Shown: positions 51,292 through 60,000 of the stretch, in pieces
Layout: the number at the start of each line of letters is the position of its first letter
How positions within the stretch are numbered: the stretch's first letter is position 1
Made by a program: the position numbers and the translations under genes
Assembly (NCBI GenBank): GCA_963732385.1
Contig: CAVSZB010000006.1
Span: 82,357 to 146,356 of the forward strand
Direction: 5' to 3'
From: an uncultured bacterium
Lineage (GTDB): Bacteria > Krumholzibacteriota > Krumholzibacteriia > LZORAL124-64-63
Length of the DNA stretch: 64,000 nucleotides
Notes under the pieces: generated by a model
What the model was told of the DNA's origin: nothing
Databases searched by the model: none
What the model saw: only the letters and a program-made list of their open reading frames with translations

Positions 51292-52378
51292 GCTCGCCCT
51301 CCTCCCGCGCCACGTCGGCCAGGAACTCGGCGCGCTGCTGCTCGATCACCGTGTGCCGCGTGCCGTACACGTGGTCGAACGGCGCGTCCGGCCGGACCGG
51401 ACCGCGCGCCTCGAACTCCTTCACCGCCGCGTCGATCTCCTGCCTGATCTCCGCCTCGAGCAGCGCCTGCCGGTCGTCGTCCCACAGCCCCTTCGCTTCG
51501 AGGTACTTGCGGAAGCGGATGAGCGGATCGCGCTGCCACCAGGTCTGGACCTCGGTGTCCTCGCGGTACCTGGTCGGGTCGTCCGCGGTGGTGTGCATCA
51601 TCAGCCGGTAGGTCACCGCCTCGATCAGCGTGGGGCCGCCGCCGGCGCGCGCCCGGTCGAGCGCCTCCTTCACCGCGGCGTACATGGCGAGCGCGTCGTT
51701 GCCGTCCACCTGCACCCCGGGCAGATCGTAGGCGATCGCTTTCTGGGCGATGGTGCGCGCATGGGTCTGTTTGCCGCGCGGCATGGAGATCGCCCACTGG
51801 TTGTTCTGGCAGATGAAGACGACCGGGACCTGCCACAACGCGGCGAAGTTGAGCGCCTCGTGGAAGTCCCCCTCGGAGGTGCCGCCGTCGCCCAGGAAGG
51901 TCACCACCGCCGCCGACTCGCCGCGCAGCTTCATCGCGTAGGCGATGCCGACCGCGTGCAGGGTCTGCGCCGCGACGATGATCGAGACCGGCAGCAGCCG
52001 GGTCACCCCGGGGGCCTGCACGTTCCCCTCTTCGAGGCCGTTGTGGAAGACGAAGGTGTTGATCAGCGATTCGCCCCGCGCCAGCCGCCCGCCCAGTTCG
52101 CGGAACGAGCCGACGAACCAGTCGTCCGCGTTCATGGCGAAAGCGGGGCCGCAGACCGACGCCTCCTGGCCGGTGCACGGCCCGAAGGTGCCGATGCGTC
52201 CCTGGCGCTGCAGCTTGAGCAGGCGCTGGTCGCTCTCGCGCGCATAGGTCATCGCACGGTGAAGGCGCAGCAGCGTGTCGTCGTCCAGCTGCGGTTCGAG
52301 CTTCCGGTCCACGTTCCCCGTCTCGTCGAGGATCTGGAGGTAGGAAACGCTGAACCTGCCGATTTCCTTCAGCGGCAT
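51284..52378 (-). CDS. pdhA: 2-oxoacid (pyruvate) dehydrogenase E1 alpha
   Basis: LQRQGRIG, GQEA, GDGGTSEGDFHE..NNQWAIS, HTTADDP. Confidence 0.92.
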   Translation of the reverse strand: MPLKEIGRFSVSYLQILDETGNVDRKLEPQLDDDTLLRLHRAMTYARESDQRLLKLQRQGRIGTFGPCTGQEASVCGPAFAMNADDWFVGSFRELGGRLARGESLINTFVFHNGLEEGNVQAPGVTRLLPVSIIVAAQTLHAVGIAYAMKLRGESAAVVTFLGDGGTSEGDFHEALNFAALWQVPVVFICQNNQWAISMPRGKQTHARTIAQKAIAYDLPGVQVDGNDALAMYAAVKEALDRARAGGGPTLIEAVTYRLMMHTTADDPTRYREDTEVQTWWQRDPLIRFRKYLEAKGLWDDDRQALLEAEIRQEIDAAVKEFEARGPVRPDAPFDHVYGTRHTVIEQQRAEFLADVAREEGEHA

Positions 52379-52635
52379 CGTCCTGTCCTTTCCCGGCCGG
52401 ATGGCCGGCGCGTCGGTGCCCGCGGACGAACCGCGCCATTATCGGGGTAAAACAGTCCTGCCGCTACCTGGATACCGCGCGCGTTCGCCTGCCGGCCGGA
52501 TCCGCGTCGATTGGGCTGGCGATGGTTTCGGGGCCGGCGCCGCGGCGCGCCCGATCCGGCCCCAACGCCAACCACCGCTTGCCGGAAAGCCCGATCAGCG
52601 TTTACGTTGTGCGCTCCCATGAAAGGAGCCGGAAC

Positions 52636-53157
52636 GTGATCAACGACAAGCTTCAGAAGGCGCTCAACACGCAGATCAACGCCGAACTGCACTCGGCCTA
52701 CATCTACCTGTCCATGTCGGCCTACTTCGAATCGCTCGGCCTCGACGGCAGCGCCCACTGGATGAAGCTGCAGGCGCAGGAAGAGCTGATGCACGGCATG
52801 AAGTTCTACGACTACATGATCGCCAGCGGCGGCCGCATCCTGCTGACGCAGGTGGAGGGCCCCGCCACGAGCTGGGACACGCCGATTGCCGCCTTCGAGG
52901 CCGCTCTGGCGCACGAGCGCCTCATGACCCGCCGCTGCAACGAGCTGGCCAGCCTCGCCATCGCCGAGAAGGACCATGCCACCAACAACCTGGTGCAGTG
53001 GTTCGTGACGGAGCAGGTGGAGGAGGAGTCCAACGTCGAGAACATCGTCCAGAAGCTGAAACTGCTCGGCAAGGACGGACCGGGCCTGTTCATGATGGAC
53101 CGCGAGTTGAAGGCCCGGACGGTGGCTCCGGCCGCCGGCGGGGGTACGGCCGCCTGA
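52636..53157 (+). CDS. ftnA: Non-heme ferritin
   Basis: AAGGAG RBS + GTG; QINAELHSAYIYLSMS, EELMH, QWFVTEQVEEE. Confidence 0.92.
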   Translation: MINDKLQKALNTQINAELHSAYIYLSMSAYFESLGLDGSAHWMKLQAQEELMHGMKFYDYMIASGGRILLTQVEGPATSWDTPIAAFEAALAHERLMTRRCNELASLAIAEKDHATNNLVQWFVTEQVEEESNVENIVQKLKLLGKDGPGLFMMDRELKARTVAPAAGGGTAA

Positions 53158-53160
53158 GCT

Positions 53161-53286
53161 GGCGTGAACTTTCCGCGGTTCGAGCAGGTGCGCGTCGGGG
53201 GCAACAAGAAGTCTCCCGTGTGCCGCCGGCTGACCCGGGAGCTGGAGGAGCCGAGCTGGAACTTCAAGAAATACCTGGCCGGCTGA
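53161..53286 (+). pseudogene. Glutathione peroxidase C-terminal fragment
   Basis: GVNFPRFEQVRVGG..SPVCRRLT..EPSWNFKKYL resembles GPx V.FP.F.K..V.G...P.Y..L...WNF.K.L; N-terminal active site absent. Confidence 0.65.
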
Positions 53287-53336
53287 GTGGGGCCGACGCG
53301 CGCTGGCGCAGCGGCGAGGCGCCGGTGGCGTTGGCG

Positions 53337-54572
53337 ATGCTCGCGGCGACCGCAGTGGCCCTCCTCGCGCTGGCCGTGGCCGGCCTGCCCGCGGTGGCGG
53401 CGGCCCCCGCGGACGTCGCCGCGATCTTTCCCTATCTGCAGTTCGGCGGCCCCGGCGGGACCGCGACCCCGCCGCCGGTCGTGGTGCGCTGGTTCACGGC
53501 GCCGCCGCGCCCGGGCCGCGTCGAGCTGCGCACCGGCGACGACACCACGCCCTGGCTGCCGGCGGGCGACTCGCCGGCCGGCGCGCGGCACGCCGTCACC
53601 CTGCCGGCGCTGGTGCCCGATCAGGCCTGCGCCTACCGCGTTGTGAGCGATGCCACGGCCGGCGCGGCCGCCGAAACCTCGGCGGCGTTCGTGTTCACCA
53701 CCGTTGCGGTCGATCCCGCCACGCCGTTCACGTTCATCGTCTACGGGGACAATCGCAGCCGCCCCGCGAGCCATCGCGCGGTGACGCAGCGCATGCTGGC
53801 CGGGCCGGCCCCCCGCTTCATCGTCAACACCGGCGACGTCGTGGCGAACGGCCCCGACTCCCTGCTCTGGCACGAGGAATTTTTCGATCCCGCGCGCGAG
53901 CTGTTCGCCGTGGCGCCGATTCTCGTCACTCCGGGCAATCATGAGCAGGACCGCTCGCGGCGGCCGCGGGAGCTGGCTCGCCTCTGGTTCGACAATCTCA
54001 CCCTGCCGGGCAACGGTACGACCTCCGGCGCGGGGCGGTGGTGGTCGGCGCGGGCCGGCGGTTGCCTGCTGATCGGGCTCGACTCGACCCAGCCCAACGC
54101 GTCGGGCCAGACGGCGTGGCTGGCCGCCACCCTCGCCGCGGCCGACCCGCGCGACTTCGTGCTGGTCTTCCTGCACCACCCGCTCTGGTCCTGGGGCGGC
54201 CACGACCACGACCCGGCCGTGCGCGCCGCCTGGGGACGCCTGTTCGACGACCGCCGCGTCGATATCGTCTTCACGGGCCACAACCACTTCTACCAGCGCA
54301 CCTACCCGCTGCGGGCCGGCTCGCCGATGACCCGCCGTCCCGGCCGTTATCGGGCGGGGCTGGGCACGGTGCACTGCGTGGCGGGCGGCGGCGGCGCACC
54401 GCTCTACACGCCGCTGGGCGACCCGCGCGTGGCCGCGCAGTCGGAGACCTGCCACTTCGTGCGCCTCGACTACGCGCCAGGCTCCCTCACCTGCACCGCG
54501 ATCGCCGACGACGGCGACCAGCTCGACCGCTTCGTCATCGAGAAGGCGGCGTCGGCGACGCAGGTCCGGTAA
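53337..54572 (+). CDS. Exported purple-acid-phosphatase-like metallophosphoesterase; start uncertain
   Basis: YGDNR, TGDVV, GNHE, FLHHP, GHNH. Confidence 0.88.
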   Translation: MLAATAVALLALAVAGLPAVAAAPADVAAIFPYLQFGGPGGTATPPPVVVRWFTAPPRPGRVELRTGDDTTPWLPAGDSPAGARHAVTLPALVPDQACAYRVVSDATAGAAAETSAAFVFTTVAVDPATPFTFIVYGDNRSRPASHRAVTQRMLAGPAPRFIVNTGDVVANGPDSLLWHEEFFDPARELFAVAPILVTPGNHEQDRSRRPRELARLWFDNLTLPGNGTTSGAGRWWSARAGGCLLIGLDSTQPNASGQTAWLAATLAAADPRDFVLVFLHHPLWSWGGHDHDPAVRAAWGRLFDDRRVDIVFTGHNHFYQRTYPLRAGSPMTRRPGRYRAGLGTVHCVAGGGGAPLYTPLGDPRVAAQSETCHFVRLDYAPGSLTCTAIADDGDQLDRFVIEKAASATQVR

Positions 54573-54598
54573 GGGCCTGGTCGGCGGGGCCGTCGCCC

Positions 54599-55435
54599 CT
54601 ATCCGTCGTCCTTCGCCGCACCCTGCTCCTGGCCCAGGATTTTGCCTTCCCGGAACCGGAACAGGTCGCCCCGCCGTTGCGGCAGGACCACATGCGAGTC
54701 GATGCCCAGCTCCTTCAGCTCGGCGGCGAAGCGGCGGTACTCGGATTCGCGCTTGCGGTAGTGCATGGGCAGCAGCACGGCGTGGGGCAGGCCGCGGATG
54801 ATCTCCAGGACCGGCTCGCCCGCCCAGGCCCCCACGAACAGCAGGTCGACGCGATCGACGAACTGCCGCAGGTACGCCATGTGCTCGGCGGCCAGGCACG
54901 TTCCGCCCCGCGTCAGCCTGCCCTGGTAGTCGCCCTCGAAGAACAGGGTCAGGCCGTCGACCTGGACCAGGAAGGCCGCCTCCGGCACGCCGGCGTGGGC
55001 GGAGGGCACGGTGTGGATCACCAGGTCGTCCAGCCGCAGGGTCTGCAGCGGCTTGCTGACGCAGGTCCGGCCGGGGCCCGCGGGGGCCGGCCAGCCGAAG
55101 ACGTAGCGGAGGTCGGGGATCGTCCCGGCCCAGCCGTCGATCACGCGGTCGTAATGGTCCACGTGATCGTGGGTGACGAAGACCGTCACCTTGCGGTCGG
55201 CGAGCTGCGCCGGGTCGATGAAGCCCAGGTCGAGGCCGCGCCGCGCCGGCACCGTCTCCTCCAGCTCGATGTAGTCGAAGATCAGCAGGTGGTTGGGCGT
55301 GCTCACGGCGTAGCCGCAGTGGCCCAGGTACCAGATGTCCGCCGCCGGCGGCTGCGCGGCCGCCCGCCCGGGGAGCAGGATCAGCAAGGCCAGGAGCGCC
55401 CCGGCGACGTTAAGCATTGCGGGGCGCGGGTTCAT
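54599..55435 (-). CDS. Exported MBL-fold metallo-hydrolase
   Basis: YLGHCG, THDHVDH, FFEGD, PMHY. Confidence 0.85.
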   Translation of the reverse strand: MNPRPAMLNVAGALLALLILLPGRAAAQPPAADIWYLGHCGYAVSTPNHLLIFDYIELEETVPARRGLDLGFIDPAQLADRKVTVFVTHDHVDHYDRVIDGWAGTIPDLRYVFGWPAPAGPGRTCVSKPLQTLRLDDLVIHTVPSAHAGVPEAAFLVQVDGLTLFFEGDYQGRLTRGGTCLAAEHMAYLRQFVDRVDLLFVGAWAGEPVLEIIRGLPHAVLLPMHYRKRESEYRRFAAELKELGIDSHVVLPQRRGDLFRFREGKILGQEQGAAKDDG

Positions 55436-55615
55436 GCCGACCTCCAGGAAAAGACCGCCGCACTTTTCGACCGTCGTTTACGACTTCGCCCCCGGTTTGT
55501 TGATTGGAAACGTCTTACTTTATCGGCGGTTATGTCAACTCGTAACGCGCGTGGGGCGGTTGGATTTCCCGTCCTCCCGGCGCAGCTCGCGCCGCGAGAC
55601 CATGCCGGCACCTCG

Positions 55616-56779
55616 TCACTCCGGGATCAGGCCCAAATCTCGCCAGCCCAGCAACCTGATGCCCTGCCGCGAACCGTTCACTTCTCCGCCGGTGACGAGG
55701 TACTGCCTGCCCACGAGATCGCCTGCCTGCTTCGCCCACAGTTCGAGCCCGCGCGTCAGGCTGCCGACGACCGTAGCGCCCGCTTTGATCTCGATAGTAT
55801 CGACCCTGGCGCCTTTCTGGCGCAGCAGATCGATCTCGTGGCCGTGATTGTCCCGCCAGAAAAAGAGGTCCGCGGGCAGGCCCCGGTTGAAGCGGTTTTT
55901 CAGGAATTCGCCGACGACCAGGGTCTCGAACAAGGCGCCGCGCAGCGGATGGGTCGCCACCTGGCCGGGATCCTGGATGCCGATCAGGTGGGCTGCGAGG
56001 CCCACATCGAGGAAGTACAGCTTGGGCGACTTGACGAGTCGCTTGCCGAGATTCGCGTGATACGGCGGCAGGAGCGTGATGATGTAACTGGCCTGAAGGA
56101 TGGATAGCCACCCGCGCACCGTCGCCGGGCTGACCCCCGCATCGGAAGCCAGGCTCGCGGTGTTCAGGAGTTGGCTGGTTCGCCCGGCGCACAGCCGCAG
56201 GAATCTCTGGAACAGCGTCAGATCCCGCACGGCCTGGATCTGCCGCACGTCGCGCTCGAGGTAGGTGTTGACGTAGTTGGCGAGCAGGAGGGTGGGGGCG
56301 ATGTCACGGTCATACAGTGCCGGATAGAGGCCGCGATAGAGCATCAGGTCCAGGTTCGCCGGGACGAGCCGGGCGGTCGTCAGCTCAGCGATCGAGAGCG
56401 GCAGAAGGGAAACCGCGCCCACGCGGCCCGCGAGCGACTGGGTGATGCGTTCGTTCAACCCGAACTGCTGTGAACCGGTGATGACGTACATCCCCATCCG
56501 GCGCGCCGCGTCGGCCCGGACCTGGAGGTGGGAGAACAGTTCGGGACAAAGCTGGATCTCGTCGAGGATCACGCCGTCAGGGAAGCGGTCGAAAAAGCCG
56601 ATCGGATCGTCGGTCGCCCACGTCCTCTCCTGCGGAAGTTCCAGGGAGATGCAGGCGAGTTGCGGAAACGCCTTCTGGGCCAGAGTCGTCTTGCCGGACT
56701 GCCGCGGACCGGTCAACGAGACGATCGGAAACCCGCGAGCAAGGGTTTCGAGCAAACCAGCAGCCGTACGGGGGATCAT
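55616..56779 (-). CDS. AAA_14 ATPase with DUF4143 domain
   Basis: GPRQSGKTT, LDEIQ, TGSQ, SLAGR, YLERDV, KSPKLYFLDVG, EIDL..IEIK. Confidence 0.92.
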   Translation of the reverse strand: MIPRTAAGLLETLARGFPIVSLTGPRQSGKTTLAQKAFPQLACISLELPQERTWATDDPIGFFDRFPDGVILDEIQLCPELFSHLQVRADAARRMGMYVITGSQQFGLNERITQSLAGRVGAVSLLPLSIAELTTARLVPANLDLMLYRGLYPALYDRDIAPTLLLANYVNTYLERDVRQIQAVRDLTLFQRFLRLCAGRTSQLLNTASLASDAGVSPATVRGWLSILQASYIITLLPPYHANLGKRLVKSPKLYFLDVGLAAHLIGIQDPGQVATHPLRGALFETLVVGEFLKNRFNRGLPADLFFWRDNHGHEIDLLRQKGARVDTIEIKAGATVVGSLTRGLELWAKQAGDLVGRQYLVTGGEVNGSRQGIRLLGWRDLGLIPE

Positions 56780-57082
56780 CCGGACCTCCCGAGGGAAAGT
56801 GTGTAAATCAGCATTTCAATTACCGATTTGTACACATTTTTTCGGTTCCTAGTCAAGCACGAATCATGAAATACGCGCTAAAGCGTTGCTTGCAAACATG
56901 ATATCAGGCGTAATGCCTGCCAATAATCCCCTCCGCCCCTGTGCGGACAGATCCAGCCGACCCAGCGGAGGCTGCGAAGCCCGCCGGACGCGATGCTGGG
57001 TTTGTATGAGGGTGGATTCAATGGCGGTCACGATCCTGGCGGGCCGCTGGCGCCGCTCACGGACAGACTCCCGCTGGCCGCC

Positions 57083-60000
57083 TCATCCCCCCGCCTTCTC
57101 CCTCAGCACCCCCAGATACTGCTCGTCAGTCGGCAGCATGACCCCCCGCTGCTTCATCCCGGCCAGCTGCTCGTATGCCTTGCGCCACCAGACCTGTGCG
57201 TCGCCCTGGCCCGCCTTCTCAGCGATATCGGCCATGCGCCAACAGGAGACAACGAGGTCGCGCTGCCAGCCCGCGTTCGAAGGATCGGCCGCGGCCAGAC
57301 GCTCTCGAACCCCCAGGGATTCCCGGTAGGCGTTGAGGGCGCCCTGCAGATCGCCCTGGGCAATCAGCACGTCGCCGATTCGCTCCTGGCTGACCGACAG
57401 GTCGCGCTGCCAGCCCGCGTTCGAAGGATCGGCCGCGGCCAGACGCTCTGCGCACCCCCAGGGATTCCCGGTAGGCGTTGAGGGCGCCCTGCAGATCGCC
57501 CTGGGCAAGCAGCACGTCGCCGATCTTGTTATGGCTGACCGACAGGTCGCGCTGCCAGCCCGCGTTCGAAGGATCGGCCGCGGCCAGACGCTCTGCCACC
57601 CCCAGGGATTCCCGGTAGGCGTTGAGGGCGCCCTGCAGATCGCCCTGGGCACGCAGCACGTCGCCGATCTTGTTCTGGCTGACCGACAGGTCGCGCTGCC
57701 AGCCCGCGTTCGAAGGATCGGCCGCGGCCAGACGCTCTCGCACCCCCAGGGATTCCCGGTAGGCGTTGAGGGCGCCCTGCAGATCGCCCTGGGCAAGCAG
57801 CACGTCGCCGATCTTGATATGGCTGACCGACAGGTCGCGCTGCCAGCCCGCGTTCGAAGGATCGGCCGCGGCCAGACGCGCAATGATTGCGCGTTTACGG
57901 TCATAGGCTTGTCGCGCTTCACTGAGGTCGCCCTGGGCAAGCAGCACGTCGCCGAGTCGTTCGTGGCTGATACCCAGATCGTACTGCCAGCCCGCGTTCG
58001 AAGGATCGGCCGCGGCCAGACGCTCTGCCACCCCCAGGGATTCCCGGTAGGCGTTGAGGGCGCCCGCCAGATCGCCCTGGGCAAGCAGCACGTCGCCGAT
58101 CTTGTTCCTGGCTGACCGACAGGTCGCGCTGCCAGCCCGCGTTCGAAGGATCGGCCGCGGCCAGACGCTCTGCCACCCCCAGGGATTCCCGGTAGGCGTT
58201 GAGGGCGCCCTGCAGATCGCCCTGGGCAAGCAGCACGTCGCCGATCTTGTTATGGCTGACCGACAGGTCGCGCTGCCAGCCCGCGTTCGAAGGATCGGCC
58301 GCGGCCAGACGCTCTCGAACCCCCAGGGATTCCCGGTAGGCGTTGAGGGCGCCCGGCCAGATCGCCCTGGGCAAGCAGCACGTCGCCGATCTTGATCCTG
58401 GCTGACCGACAGGTCGCGCTGCCAGCCCGCGTTCGAAGGATCGGCCGCGGCCAGACGCTCGCACACCGCCCAGGGACTCCCGGTAGGCGTTGAGGGCGCC
58501 CTGCAGATCGCCCTGGGCAAGCAGCACGTCGCCGATCTTGTTCCTGGCTGACCGACAGGTCGCGCTGCCAGCCCGCGTTCGAAGGATCGGCCGCGGCCAG
58601 ACGCTCTGCCACCCCCAGGGATTCCCGGTAGGCGTTGAGGGCGCCCTGCAGATCGCCCTGGGCAAGCAGCACGTCGCCGATCTTGTTCCTGGCTGACCGA
58701 CAGGTCGCGCTGCCAGCCCGCGTTCGAAGGATCGGCCGCGGCCAGACGCTGCAGGACCGCCAGGTACTCCCGGTAGGCGTTGAGGGCGCCCTGCAGATCG
58801 CCCTGGGCAAGCAGCACGTCGCCGATCTTGTTCCTGGCTGACCGACAGGTCGCGCTGCCAGCCCGCGTTCGAAGGATCGGCCGCGGCCAGACGCTCGAGC
58901 GATTGACGCGCGGCCCGGAGCAAGTCGAAGCGGGGGCCCTCGGTCCGTGCTTCACCCGTGATCGCCAGGGCGTCGTTGAGGTCGAAAATGACGACATTGG
59001 CCACAAGGCCGGCGCGTTCGTCGTTGTCACCCTGCATCAACTCCGCGATCCACTCGGTCAGCCGCGCACGCGCCGCGTCGTCCGTGGCGGACTGGACGGC
59101 CTGGACCATGACGGCAACCGCGGCGGCGAGGGCGGACTTCGCCTCGGCATCGCTCCACTGGAGCTGCCTGAATCGTCCCCAGATAGTTTGCCGCCCGGTC
59201 GCGGTCGCCAAGGCCGATCAGATGGAACATGCTCTCGCCGATGCGCAGGGGGTCGCCGGGCGGCAGACCCTCGAGATGCCCGGCGATGAGACCGTGCAGA
59301 CGGCGGCGCCCCGCTTCTTCCGCCAGATCGCGGCGCAGCACGGTGTCGCGCAGCGCGGCGTGGAAGTAGTCCCACTGCGCCTGGGCGCCGCGCTGGACGA
59401 CATGCGTGCCCGAGCGCCCGGCGCACGTCCGCGAAGGCCAGGTCGTCCCAGGGCTTTCCCGAGACGACCGGCATGAGTCCGCGCAGATCGCTCTCGCGCC
59501 AGCCGGCCCGGCTGACGGCGATGAGCGCCGTGAAAGCGCCGGCCCAGGCCTGGCCGAACCCCCGCTCGGCACGGTCGAGCAGCTCGCCGTACACGCCGGG
59601 CACGTCGGCGGGCAGCTTCTGCGCCTCGTCCAGTTGCAGCGCCTGCATGCGCTCGGCGCCGGCCAGGTGCGCGTACTCGCGCTCGGCGCGCTCGAAATCG
59701 TCGGCTTCGAGCAGGTTCATCTCCTGCAGGGCCAGGGCCAGCCAGAGGGGATTGCCGTGCGCCGGGCTGCCGTCGGGAAGCTGCTTGGCGAGCAGGGCGT
59801 CGAGCACTTGCGGGTTGGTGTCGCGATGGTGCCGCTCGCGGTAGAAGCGCCGGGCGATCTCGCGGGCCTCCTCGGGGGTGACCGGCGGCACCGGCAGCTC
59901 GCGGCAGCCCGGCCGCTCCGCGAGCGTGGCCGTGGCCTGACCGGGAATCGCCGTGGCGATGAACCGGGCGTTCTCGGGCCAGAGCCTCGGCAGCCAGGTC

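Noticed and set aside
57257..58890. CRISPR array interpretation of the tandem repeats
   Set aside because: The period is 144 bp with no unique spacers, the units encode TPRs, and no cas genes are present
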